64,000 nucleotides of DNA from Octopus sinensis (lineage: Eukaryota). The first letter of the stretch is position 1. Each line of letters starts with the position of its first letter. Shown in pieces: positions 14,122-25,918 of this stretch. The translations under genes and the position numbers were made by a program. Location: assembly GCF_006345805.1 (NCBI RefSeq), contig NC_042997.1:86304001-86368000 (forward strand), read 5' to 3'. The notes below the pieces were generated by a model that saw nothing but the letters and a program-made list of their open reading frames with translations, was not told where the DNA came from and did no database searches.

Positions 14122-14650
14122 TGTGTGTGTGTGTGTGTGCAGCCACTACACATACTTTCAGTATCTGTCAACCAAATCCTAGAAGACGCTTGCCCAATGT
14201 ATCACGCAGTGGAACTGAACTCAGAACCATGTGATCGGAAAGCAAGCTTCCTACCACACAGCCACGCCTGCGCCTTATATGACTATTACAATAAATAAAT
14301 ATTACGAAATGAATATTACAAAAAAAAAATAATAAATAGATAACAGACACAAAAGAGAAAACTTTCTCAATCGTGGAAGTTCTTCAACACGTATTTGTAG
14401 TAAAGTGTCGGCCATAAGCATTTCACCCCAACCGAAATTAATATCGCGTCATATTCGTGGCGCTTTGATTTATTTATTACTGCTTACTTAAAAATACAGC
14501 ATTGAGTTTAGACGGGCTAGTTTACTAAATCCGTTAGGTTAGCTTTGCTGTTCTAGTAGCAGTTTAAGACTATACTACCGTAGCGCAGAGCACCACAATA
14601 AAGTCGTTATAATTATTCATTCATTCCTCCAATAATAAACGGTACCGTAT

Positions 14651-14863
14651 AAGGCGGCGAGCTGGCAGAAACGTTAGCACGCCGGGCGAAATGCTTAGCG
14701 GTATTTCGTCTGCCGTTACGTTCTGAGTTCAAATTCCGCCGAGGTCGACTTTGCCTTTCATCCTTTCGGGGTCGATAAATTAAGTACCAGTTGCGTACTG
14801 GGGTCGATGTAATCGACTGGCCCCCTACCCCCAAATTTCAGGCCTTGTGCCTAGAGTAGAAAA
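14651..14863 (+). mobile_element. SINE S1, near-consensus full-length copy
   Basis: aaggcggcgagctggcagaaacgttagcacgccgggcgaaatg...gagttcaaattcc...cctttcggggtcgataaattaagtacc...gtagaaaaaa. Confidence 0.9.
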
Positions 14864-14999
14864 AACAAATAAATAAATGGCACCGTATGATTATTTGCTA
14901 CTACTTTTTGTACTCTTGCTTATTGACGCTCATATTCTAAATATCCTTGTTTATCGTCTTCATTCACATTTCTTCTCCAATCCTGAGATCTCTTCTACA

Positions 15000-15560
15000 T
15001 TTAGACAGGCTAGTTTGCCAAATCTAGTAACTTATCTCTGCCGTTTTAGCAGCAGTTTAAGGCTTCACTGTGATATTGTTGACCACCACTATAAGGATGT
15101 TATATACATCGCTCCAATGCTTTAGTATAACATCCTTATCTCGTGATTACTTGCTTCTATTCTTACACAGCCATGTTTACGCGCCATTTATAAATATTAT
15201 CTGACCTCGTCATTTCCCCCCCAAGCCTGAAATCTGTTTCGCATCTGTTCTCGGTATTCATGCCTATTCTATTCAGTAATGTTTCCTTTTCTAGCCATTT
15301 CACTAATTCTTGATTGGTCTTTTGTATCATCATCATCCTTCATATTTTCCCTATTAACTTTCATTCTTATTTGTCATGCGACACCTTTAAGTTGCATTTC
15401 TTGCATAAATTTCGTGCCTTCCCTTCTCTCGTATCTTAATTCTTATTTCTTTGCTTTCCCCACATTACATTTCAGTATTCTCTCTCTCTCTCTCTCCTCT
15501 CTCTATGTTATCATTGTCCTCCCAAAGCACACAAAGCTCCGATTTGGTAATAAATTATTT
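15000..15560 (-). pseudogene. Helitron N-terminal module copy
   Basis: Same module sequence: agacaggctagtttgccaaatc...cagtttaaggcttcactgtgata...gttgcatttcttgcataaatttcgtgccttccc. Confidence 0.7.
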
Positions 15561-15704
15561 ATGAAGCAGTTGATATAATTCTTGGTAAAACACTCCGTTA
15601 CATATACATAATTTACGAAGAAAGTGAAGATGAGTCTCTTAATATACAGATGGTTGGAGAAACTGTTTTCCCAGAAAACTCGTTACAGACATTTTAAATA
15701 CAAA

Positions 15705-16500
15705 GCTAATTTAAGTAATAATAGTCTTACTTTTTCCTCGTGCGTCTACGACTTGCAATCTTCCCTGAAGATATATTCGTATCTTCTGAAGTACGCCGCA
15801 AATGTTATACCCTCCTCTGGGTTGTAATTGAATAATGCTATAGAATCCGATACGCCATTTGGTGAAAACGAACTTATAGTGTTTCCGGACTTCTTTATTA
15901 ATTCCAGCAACTGTTGTTCAACCCTTGAGTATTGTTGTTCGACTCTTGGGTACAGTTGTTCTACTCTTGCTGTTGTGCTGTTGTAGTTGTTGCTGCAACT
16001 CCTGTTGCTTTTGCAACTGTAATACAGAAGCTAATAGGTCTTCCATAATTAATAACTTTGTATCACAAAAAATTGTTAACTGACCTGCGTGTGCTTCGAT
16101 TCCTCATCGCCAATATTTTTGTATCGCTAATTGTTATGACGATACGTTTTTACACTGTAACCGTGTAGTAACAATAAAATATGTAACGAAACAAGGGTAA
16201 CAACAATGCAGCAATCCAACAAACTTTCCACGAACTATATACAAACCAACAAACAACATTCCCACTAACAACCAAAATGACACTTTACGACTTCCTGCGA
16301 TGAACGTCTACTCTGTCTTTATTTTGGCACTGCGACCATTCACACAGACGGGACTGCACAAGGACAGACAGAAAACCACAACGGGAACAAAAACACAAAA
16401 CGAATGAAAATGAGAAAGATGTTATATAATAACGAAAATGAAATGGCTGCATGAGCCCCATTCTCATGCAGTACCATTTGAACGTTTAAACGCACAGTTT
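15705..16500 (-). mobile_element. Gypsy 5' fragment (probable LTR remnant, PBS, gag start)
   Basis: PBS tggcgatgagg at 16102-16112(-). Gag from the ATG at 16046 reads MEDLLASVLQLQKQQE...(frameshift) FNYNPEEGITFAAYFRRYEYIFREDCKS*THEEKVRLLLLKL. The LTR boundary is uncertain. Confidence 0.8.
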
Positions 16501-17314
16501 ATAATCTTCTTTTTTCCTTTTGTTTTTTCCATTATCATCGGGGTTTTTTTCCTTTTTTTAATTTAAACAATTTTACTTACTTTTTTTTAATATTTCATAA
16601 ATGGTTCCAATTCATTCAGCTCCACCACTGGCGGTAGTTCATCGAACTCTACCACAACTTCCGGCGGACCAACGCCCCTCCACACACTTCCTCCAGCCTG
16701 TTATATCTATCCTTATCGACTACAACAGCCCTCACACTCTACGAGCAAATATCCGTAGGCAACTCCACCCTCACAATGGATTCGAACTTCATTATCTTTC
16801 TCTCAGTTTCCACGCTCCCAGCGCATGTGACGAAACTTCACCCATACTTCTTCGCTTCCCCCACTCGTTTTCTCCTTCCCTGCTCCACCCCTTGCACCAT
16901 CTCCCCGTCCCCACCCTCTCCATCCTGGTTATTGTCGCTTTTTCACCTAAAACTTTCTCCTCCACTGGTATAGCCAGCGTCCCCGCCACCGTCTCCTCTT
17001 TCCCAAATCCTCCTCGAGCTCCTCCTCAAGATCTTTCTCGATCTCCTTATCAATCACCTCCTGACCTTCCTCCCTTTCCTCCCTTTCGACCTCCTTCTCA
17101 ACCTCTTCAACACCCATCCATTTCAAAGACGACTTCCTTCAACATTTTTTAAAAATAGAATATACATTAATAAATATTAAAAAAACACTATCAATCCACG
17201 TGCAAGTTCCATATCCAATAAACATTTCATTTCTAGCTTTAATTCAATTATGCACTCTTAAAATATGATCACTGTCCCACGTAATATATCAAACTGAAAA
17301 CTTTATATTTAAGA

Positions 17315-17824
17315 CTAGCAGTATCGCCCGGCGTTGCTCGGGTTTGTAAGGGAAATAACTATATAAGCATTTTTAGAGAGTTACTTCCCTTATAGATGCC
17401 AATTCGGGCTTTCTTAGCCATTTCTGTTTTGGTATCTTCAAGCCATGAAGTCGTTCTAAAAGAACGCTGGTCTCCTTGACAACGCTTTACGACGTTGATT
17501 TCCTTACACTCCCTTCCCCACAGCTTCACGAGGGAGGGAAGAAGGGGGGGAAGCAAACAGGTGCAGGCGTGAGCGTGGACGCCAACTCCGCCGCCATCGA
17601 CACACGAAAAATTATGCATTAAAATGGAATAAAAAATGATGTTAAATTATTTTTAAAATCGTAGACTCATCGTAGACGCGCGCTAATAGCCAGACGGGCT
17701 CGATATGAATCACGACTATAAGATACCCGAATTTGGTTAAACTGCACCGCAAAATGTGGGAGTAGTTAGGAATCTAAATCGAAGGGGACAGACACTCACA
17801 CAACTACAGTTTTATATATATAGA
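17315..17824 (-). mobile_element. Non-autonomous canonical Helitron
   Basis: Minus strand reads A|TCTATATATATAAA ... hairpin CCCGAGCAACGCCGGG ... CTAG|T. It is inserted between A and T with no TSD, inside an array module (aaga|tataccgttacac). Confidence 0.9.
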
Positions 17825-17879
17825 TATACCGTTACACATTTGTCTTTACAATGGAATTTAGAAAGACTTTATTAATATG

Positions 17880-18837
17880 TGTAAGAACGACCGTGCGAAG
17901 GAGAGGTGACGATGAATGGCTCCATTAATACATCGCACGGTCGATTACAACAAATACGAAAAGTAAGAATGAGTACAAGTGCCAGAAGGAAAAGAGAGAG
18001 ACACAACCGGTAGAATGTTAAGAGAAGATTTTATTGATAGGTTAATATGTCTGTATGTGCGTCATAAGTACATATAATAGACAGGCTGTCATGTATACAA
18101 AGTGTATGTGTACAAATATGTATGTATGCGTGTGCAATAAGTACAGAGCATTGAAAGAGTCTATAATAGAACGCTAGAAGAATGTTCAGACACAAGGATG
18201 ATTAAATACCAGTTCGTAGTCAAGGTACATGATAGTGAAATGCTGTAACAAGAAGTTGAGGTGAAGAAGCAGAGCCGGTTGAGGCACATATCGTGCGTGA
18301 AGCTGTGGCTACTATGCTGCTGCCGGTCACTTGATACAGGAAGTTCCCGTAGGTTGTATTTACTGTTAACCATGGTGAAGTGATTCACGAACAGTGTTGA
18401 GATGTACCTGAGTGAATGTTGCTGGTTGCTGTGTACGTAAAGAGATGTTGTTGACGACGTTAAGAAGATGATGAAAGCAACGAAGAAGGAGACTGCCGTA
18501 TGCTGTTGGTCGAGTGTTGCTGCGTCTTCATGTAGACGCTGCTGTCTGTCGCTGGAACTGGCTGTGTGCTCTTTGGTCAGTGGTTAGACCCTAGAAGGTC
18601 TGGACCCGAAAGACGAAATACGGTGTTGAAGCTAGCATTTTATACCATTCTATCGGTGCAAACTGAGGTTTAGAAACGACTGTGTCACGGGACCTTATCA
18701 GAAGGCTGCGATTGGTTGGGTTGCATATGGGCGCGTAATAGAGCAAGAGACAAATTGCACCAATACCAACCAGTCGTCAGAGTAGTGAACACAACAGGGT
18801 GCAAAAGAGCGGCCGAAGGCTACCTGTTATCTGCTAC
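17880..18837 (-). mobile_element. Probable solo LTR (~0.95 kb), copy 2
   Basis: Collinear with 5854-6745 (cgcacggtcg..., taccagttcgta, acaggaagttc, gggaccttatcagaagg.tgcgattggttgg). The minus strand has AATAAA near 18030. Confidence 0.65.
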
Positions 18838-18857
18838 CTCCGTATTCATGTATTTAT

Positions 18858-18860
<3 letters not shown>

Positions 18861-18952
<92 letters not shown>
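18861..18952. repeat. (AG)n microsatellite; others include (CT)n 23060-23122, (TA)n 25030-25097, (GT)n 27842-27917 and (CGTG)n 51204-51258
   Basis: Read directly. Confidence 0.98.
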
Positions 18953-18954
<2 letters not shown>

Positions 18955-18969
18955 CGCTACATATGTAGA

Positions 18970-19630
18970 CTAGCTGGACCCGTGAAAACTTCACGGAAAA
19001 TATAAAAAATGTAAGCATCTGTAAATAGTGACTTTATTTAATAACTATCGAACAATTATGTATAAGCAGGACCCTGGGAAATTCTACGAAATACAAAAAA
19101 TGTAAGCATCTTCAAAAGTAACATCCAATTATAGTGTAGAAAAGTAAAAGTAACATCCAATATTGGCTGAGGACCCAGTATATAGAATACAGTAATTAAT
19201 TATATTGTAGGAAAGTAAAAGTAACAACCAATATTTGCTGTTTACGTATCTGTCTACTCTGAAAATACTGATAAACATTTAAAAACAAAAAACGAACGCC
19301 ACCTTCCTTTCGGTCACCACTCACTCTCTCTCAGTCCCTCTCTGTTCCCCCTCCCTTTTTCGTTCTGCCACTCACTTTAACTATTATACCTCCTCGGCTT
19401 GACACCTTTTATTTCTCTTTTTCTTTCTGCCTCTCCCTTCAACTGTAGAAAAGTAACAGTAACATCCACAGCTATTTGCTGAGAGAGAGCGGGGAAAGAG
19501 ACACACACAGACAGAGGGAAAGAGAGAGTGTGTGTTAGAGAGAGAGGCAGACAGACAGACAGACAGACAGGCAGACAGACAGGCAACATTTCTTCTTGCA
19601 ATATCCATATTTTCAATGGCTTATATATCG
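18970..19630 (-). mobile_element. Second non-autonomous Helitron (3' end clear, 5' end approximate)
   Basis: The minus-strand 3' end is CCGTGAAGTTTTCACGG hairpin + GTCCAG + CTAG|T. A (GACA)n microsatellite lies near the 5' end, as in many non-autonomous Helitrons. Confidence 0.65.
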
Positions 19631-19677
19631 TCCAAAACGAAAAGTTTTCCAACTTTTTCTCTATGAGAATGGTTCCA

Positions 19678-20310
19678 GGATCTTTTCCTTTTGAACGGCA
19701 GACAATTTCTAGTTAACTAAACACTTTTAAACTTCGTATACTGGTAGAATGTATCAAAATAAAACATTTTTTTCTCTTGGCTTTCTTGAGAAAATTATAA
19801 TTTGTTTGTTTAACGTAGTTTAATTTTTCGAATTTTAACCAATCCTATGCTCCCTTTTGAGCTAAAATCATTTGCTGCGTCTAAAACTGAGACAACATCC
19901 TGTTACTAACCCTAAACCTCCCCCCTAACCCTAAATTTTTTTTTCTTAATTGTTAAATTAATTTAATTGTTACGCGTGTAAAAAAACTAAAGCAATGGAA
20001 TTAAATTAATTTAACAATTAAGAAAAAAAATTATGGTTAGGGTTAGGGGGGAGGTTTAGGGTTAGTTACAGGATGTTGTCTCAGTTTTAGACGCAGCAAA
20101 TCATTTTAGTTGAATGGAGGTAATCGATTGGTTAAAATTGCCGAAATGCTCGGATTTTCAGATGAAATATCTTACAAACTATAGAATTTTCTCAATAAAA
20201 CCAAGAGAAAAATGATGTTTTATAAACTCATTCTACCAGTATACAAAGTTTAAAAGTGTTTAGTTAACTAGAAATTCTGTTGACATCTGCCGTTCAAAAG
20301 GAAAAGATCC
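19678..20310. mobile_element. 633 bp foldback (almost fully palindromic) MITE
   Basis: Ends are GGATCTTTTCCTTTTGAACGGCAG and CTGCCGTTCAAAAGGAAAAGATCC, and the arms match imperfectly for ~290 bp. The 8 bp TSD TGGTTCCA is at 19670-19677 and 20311-20318. Confidence 0.95.
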
Positions 20311-20739
20311 TGGTTCCATTCTCTTTCACTATTATTCTCTACTCATTCCCATTCTCTTCCTATAAGCTTCCTTCCCTCACACATGTACACTCTCTCTCTT
20401 TCTCTCTTTCTCTCTCTCTCTCCCTTTCTCTCTCTCTTCGCCTTTGTCGGTCTCTTACTGTTTTCACCACGATCTTTCACCCAATATACATAAGTAAGCT
20501 AGACGACTCTGACACTATCCATATCAGTTTCCTCCATTCAAAAATTTCATGAATGAAGAACGCATAATTTCACAAAATCAAACAAGCGACCAAGAGATCT
20601 GTCACTGTTTTTCGTCTCTATGTCTTTTTCTCTCTTCCTCTTTCTTTCTCTATCTATCGATCCATCCATGTGTGTATGTGTGTGTGTGCGCGCGCGCGCG
20701 CGTATGTATTTGTGTGTGAAAATAAGGAATTTCTGACTT

Positions 20740-21500
20740 TATATTTCTTTGAAAAGAAACGTACGAATAAATATTTGTTTATCGCTATAAAATTTCAATA
20801 AGTTTCTTTACAATACTATCATGTTCACACATGGTCAGTTGTATGTTGAAGATCCATCAGACGTAAAGACTTTTGATGGAAAAAGTCAATTTAGTATAAC
20901 AAGAGGATTATTCCAGAGGCATCCCAATTATGAAAATGAGAAAATTCACTAAAAAGTTTTGAATATACAGACATTGTTTGATTGTGTAAATTTGTTGTGG
21001 TTTCTTGCATATGATGTTGTACATAAAAAAATTCAAATAAGAATTGGTATGTATTTAGATTTATAAAATGTTTCTTTTATTTCAATATTGTTTTAGTTAA
21101 TTCTTTGTTGAATGTATATTTTAGTGATACAAAAAAATACTTATTCGGTACTACTTAAGAACCGTGGTCCCGGTGCGCGCACTCGTGTACTCGCGCATCC
21201 GCGCTAGCTAGTCGTGACTAGTCGATCCTTACTTTGTATTTTTGTTTTATTTACTTTATTTTAAAAATATTATTTACTTTGTGTTTTTGTGTTTTATTTA
21301 CTTTGTTTGAAAAAAATTATTTACTTTGTGTAAAAAAATTATTTATTTTGTGTTTTATTTACTTTGCTGGGTAGTCGATGTAGGATCGACTAGTCACGAC
21401 TAGCTAGCGCGGATGCGCGAGTAAGCGAGTGCGCGCACTGGGACCACTCTTCTTAAGTAGTACCTACTTATTCATGGTATAAACCAACTCGTACGTATAA
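20740..21500 (+). mobile_element. Helitron helicase C-terminal module copy, interrupted by the MITE at 21147-21464
   Basis: 20821-20847 atgttcacacatggtcagttgtatgtt = MFTHGQLYV. Near 21001 the sequence reads FLAYDVVHKKI, resembling the NVVYxEIL end of the Helitron helicase. Confidence 0.75.
21147..21464. mobile_element. MITE with long (~85 bp) GC-rich TIRs
   Basis: GGTACTACTTAAGAA...GCGCGCACTCG...CTAGTCGATCC is mirrored at the right end. The 9 bp TSD is TACTTATTC, and the core is T-rich. Confidence 0.95.
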
Positions 21501-22064
21501 ACAATCTCATTCAACTTCCTTTTTCAAAAGTTAATTTTGTTATCGAGTATTGATCAAGGTTTTGTAGCAGGAACATGATTGCTCTTTACCTCTAGGTACC
21601 CACATTGTTGCTCATTAGTTTTCGCTACCTATTTATGTTTTGTCACGAGATGGTCAAGTCTATTTGGCTTTGCACGTATTGTCCACCCCTTAACGTGACA
21701 AATTAGCCAAGCATTCCTACATCAGCAATTTAAGGGACGGCTATCCCCTAATTCCTGAGGGAGGTCAGTTGGCTACGAACGAGTTGGATTTTCGACAATG
21801 AGAGTAATGTATTCCACTTTGCAGCGGCAGGGGGAAGAGATTTGCGACCAGAATCTTTGACATTATGTTTTGCGTTTCTTCTAACACTTATCTTCAACTT
21901 CGAGAATCATGTTGAAACCATGTAATGTTCTTAACAGAGTTCTACTTGTTGTGCCAGTTGATGTGTTCATTTTAACGACGGAAATAAATGTTGCAATGCG
22001 ATCAATTTTAACTTGCCTTTGTATTTTCTTATCGATATTCATCCTGACTTATATTAACCAGAAG

Positions 22065-22496
22065 GGATCTTTTCGGTTTGAACGGCAGTTTTTAACATAA
22101 TTCCTTGGTAACTAAAAAATTTAAACTTCGTATTCTGGTAGAATGTGTTTATAAAACATCTTTTTCTCTTGGCTTTATTGAAAAAATTCTATAGTTTGTA
22201 AGATATTTATTGTTGTTTTTCTTCAATTTCTGCAATTTCAATCAATCAGTGACGTCTATTGAGTTAAAAAGCATTCTGTGCCGTATGAATATGTCCCTCG
22301 TTAAAGAAACAGATTGGGTTTATTTACATTTGTGAAGAAAAAAAAAGATACCCTAACCCTAACCCTAATCCTAACCTTAATTACCCTAATCCTAAAAGAG
22401 ATTGAAATGCAATAGATCGATACTAGGGTCATAATTATGGGTGACAATTTCATATGATACCGCTAGAAAAAACTGCCGTTCAAACCGAAAAGATCC
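22065..22496. mobile_element. MITE with GGATC TIRs (432 bp)
   Basis: ~28 bp TIRs GGATCTTTTCGGTTTGAACGGCAGTTTT, 8 bp TSD ACCAGAAG, and internal (CCCTAA)-like repeats. Confidence 0.95.
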
Positions 22497-23057
22497 ACCA
22501 GAAGACAACATTATCAGGGCTTAAACTACATTGCATTTAACCAACACTCGCTAAAGTTTTGATGTGTGTGTATGTATTGATGTGCGTGTATGTATTGGTG
22601 TGCGTGTATTTGTGTGTTTGCTGTGGTAAATGTTCACGTATGTGTAAGTATTTATGTCATTCTTTGTGTGCGTGTGTGTGTGTGTGTGCGTGCGTATGTG
22701 TGTGTGAGAGAAAGAGAAAGAGAGAGAGCGCGCTGTACCGTAGCAGCTAATTTCTTTGTTACAATCTGAGTTATTTGCCTTATCTTTCCACATTTTTACT
22801 GGCTGCTATTAAATTTTTGATGCAAATTGCAAATATTGATGAAATATTTCCCCCTCAGAAAAGCTTTCCTCCAGGATATTTCAAACAGATATCTTTTAAT
22901 CATTCGAACATCAGTTGTCAACACAGATATCACGATTCTCTGGAGCGAATTCTTGGAAATATGCCGAGAGCTTTTCGTATCATATAAAAGATGAATGAAT
23001 AAGTTTGCGTTCCGAAATTTTGTCATCTCTCTTTTAAGAAATATACACACACACACC

Positions 23058-23124
<67 letters not shown>

Positions 23125-24113
23125 ACGTTTGTATGTTTGGTTTTTCTTTGAGATTTTATTTAAGTTCTTAAGAGAATTCAAGCAGGTCGCTAACAAAGCG
23201 ACAACACTTTTAATTTAGGAGAATTCCCGATATTTTAAATATGTGGTTGAGTTTGGTGTGTTGGTTGAAGTGTCTATGAACTCACCCAAGTGTGTGCATT
23301 ACCTCAGACAGAAGGTTCAAAACTGTATCCGTTACACATGTTTCAGGAAGTAAGTTAGAAGAAGTCAATTAATATATAGATAGTTGAAGAAATTCCATAT
23401 TCTGGACATACCGTTACAGATATTTTAGATATGATGTTATGATTAGGGGGAAAAAAAGACGTCGTGATTTTTTGTTTTATTCATATCTGTTTTTTTCAAG
23501 AATTACTTTTAGTTTATATATTGCTAAGCTTTGCAAAACATTTTTACAATGAGCATTCATTTGTGTATATGAGTATATTTATGTATGTGTGCGTGATCGC
23601 GTGCGTATGTTTGTTTATGTGTGTGTATGTATTTTTACGTATCATTATACCAGGTAAAACTGTTTTGGGTGTCGCACAATTTAGTTATTTTAATTTCGAA
23701 GGTGTTGGGGCTAGTAGAGCGTTGGAAAATGATTTGTTGATCGTAGACCCACTTCCATGACCATCTACCATATTGGTATCAAACGTTACCTGAGATTTAA
23801 TGTAATCAAATGTAATTCAAATGGCCCCGAACATTGAAGATATGAAAGATAAACAAAGAAGTTTGAGTTCCGAAAACGTGCCCATTATTACGTCATAATA
23901 ACTTTACAAAATATTTGGTTATCAACAAAAGACATATTGAAGTAAAAAGAAAAAACAAACTACCAGTACATATAGAAATTCTACATCCCATATTTGTGGC
24001 AAAATAGCTTTAATTCAATTCTTGCAGTCTTGAAATATGAATACTGTCCCACATATCAAACTCAGTAACATAATACGTAACAAAGAATTTACATTGCATG
24101 TAATAGGCAAAAC

Positions 24114-24537
24114 GGATCTTTTCGGTTTGAACGGCAGTTTTTAAAATAATTTCCACGTAACTAAATACTTTTAAACTTCGTATACTGGTAGAATGTGTTT
24201 ATAAAACATCTTTTTCTCTTGGCTTTGTTGAGAAAATTCTATGGTTTGTAAGATATTTGTTGGGGTTTTTTTCTTCAGTTTCTGCAATTTCAACCAATCA
24301 CTGACATCTGTTGAGGTAAAAAAAACATTCTGTGCCATATGAATATGTCCCCCGTTTAAGAAACAGATTGGGTTTATTTACATTTGTGAAGAAAAAAAGA
24401 TATCCTTCCCCCTACCCCTAACTAACCCTAACCCGAAAACAGATTGAAATGCAATAGATCGATACTAGGGTCATAATTATGGGTGACAATTTCATATAAC
24501 ACCGCTAGAAAAACTGCCGTTCAAACCGAAAAGATCC
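24114..24537. mobile_element. MITE with GGATC TIRs (424 bp)
   Basis: Same family as 22065-22496, with 8 bp TSD GGCAAAAC. Confidence 0.95.
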
Positions 24538-25028
24538 GGCAAAACTCTGTATCCAGGATATACCGTCACACGAGGAAATTACGAAGATATTACGAATAAA
24601 TAGATAGTTTATATTTCTCTGTTAAGGAAACGTACGAATATTCGTTTTCCCTGTAAAATTTTAATAAGTCATTTTTTTTACAATACTACTTAAGCTGATA
24701 TATGGTCAGTCTTATGTTGAGGATCCATCAAACGTAAAGATTTTTGATGGACAAAGACAATTTATTATAACAAGAGCATTATTGTAGATGCACCCAGTTA
24801 TAAAAATATCTTATTGTGTTTTCTGCATACAATGTTCTATATACTTTTTTTTACTTGTTTCAGTCATTTGAAAGAGAAATAGTACTTATTCTATTGGTAT
24901 CTTTTGCCGAACACCTAAGTTACGAGGGCGTAAACATACCAACACACCGCATGCCAAGCGGTGGTGGGGAACAGACATAAAGACATACACACACCTGTAT
25001 ACATATATATTATATATACGTGTGTGTG

Positions 25029-25088
<60 letters not shown>

Positions 25089-25094
25089 ATATAT

Positions 25095-25310
25095 ATAGTT
25101 AATCCAAACAAGAAAGCACAAAAAAACACACCAACGCGAGGACGTGGAACAAATATAGTATTATTGGACGCTCAGGAAAGAAGGAAAGAAGGAGGGCTTA
25201 ACGTTTCGAGCGGAGCTCTTCGTCGGAAACATAGGAGAAGGAAAGATCCAGAGAAGGGAAGACAGAGGGAAAAAAATCGCCAACGGTACACACGCGGTCA
25301 CATTTTGGAC
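25095..25310. repeat. Dispersed repeat resembling Penelope-like element terminal sequence; related pieces at 37735-37910 and 54140-54330
   Basis: Shared gcgctcaggaa...gtttcgagc...gctcttc core. The PLE label is an inference only. Confidence 0.4.
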
Positions 25311-25344
25311 GCAAATAGGAAACAGAGAACTTCAAATATGAGTA

Positions 25345-25918
25345 TGTAGGGAAGGATTCGTGACAGAATCTAAGTGAACTATACAAAAATAACTGACAAC
25401 TTAAGCCCTATTATACCTAAAGTAATAAACCTTTGGTAAATGTATTCTCGTCTCCACTAGTTTGTTTGTGTATAGCTTAACAAAGCTATATAACTGGTGA
25501 ACCCGGCGATAGAATAACAGCTCCCGCTACCGAAACAAACATGGCTAGCAACAAAACACCACTGAGGCTACCACAGTTCTGGTCTAAGAGGGCTGAGCTG
25601 TGGTTCGCGCAGGCAGAAGCTCAATTCGATATAAACAAGATAACGGCCGCCCAAACAAAGTACTCGCACGTTGTGGTGGCACTAGACGAAGACACGGCAA
25701 CGAGGGTGCTGGACATTTTAACCCATCCTCCACCAACAGAAAAATAGGCCATATTGAAAGATAGACTAGTGGATACATTCCGACGCAGTGAAAGAGAAGC
25801 GACAGCCAGGATACTGGGGGAGGAATTAGGCGATTCCAAGCCTTCAGAACTGATGGACAGGATGTTGGCATTAGTCCCCGCCCCCCGGTGAGTCACCTTC
25901 CTTTTTGTTTAAAGAAAT
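25345..25918 (+). mobile_element. 3'-truncated Gypsy element: LTR + PBS + gag
   Basis: The LTR starts tgtag at 25345, and the PBS-like tggtgaaccc is at 25495. Gag reads MASNKTPLRLPQFWSKRAELWFAQAEAQF...TEK*AILKDRL...EELGDSKPSELMDRMLAL. Confidence 0.85.

Noticed and set aside
16601-17152. 183 aa Pro/Ser-rich ORF
   Set aside because: It comes from a pyrimidine-rich low-complexity strand and shows no recognisable domain. It may be the antisense of a LINE ORF1-like remnant, which I cannot support further. A similar purine-rich segment lies at 54700-55080.
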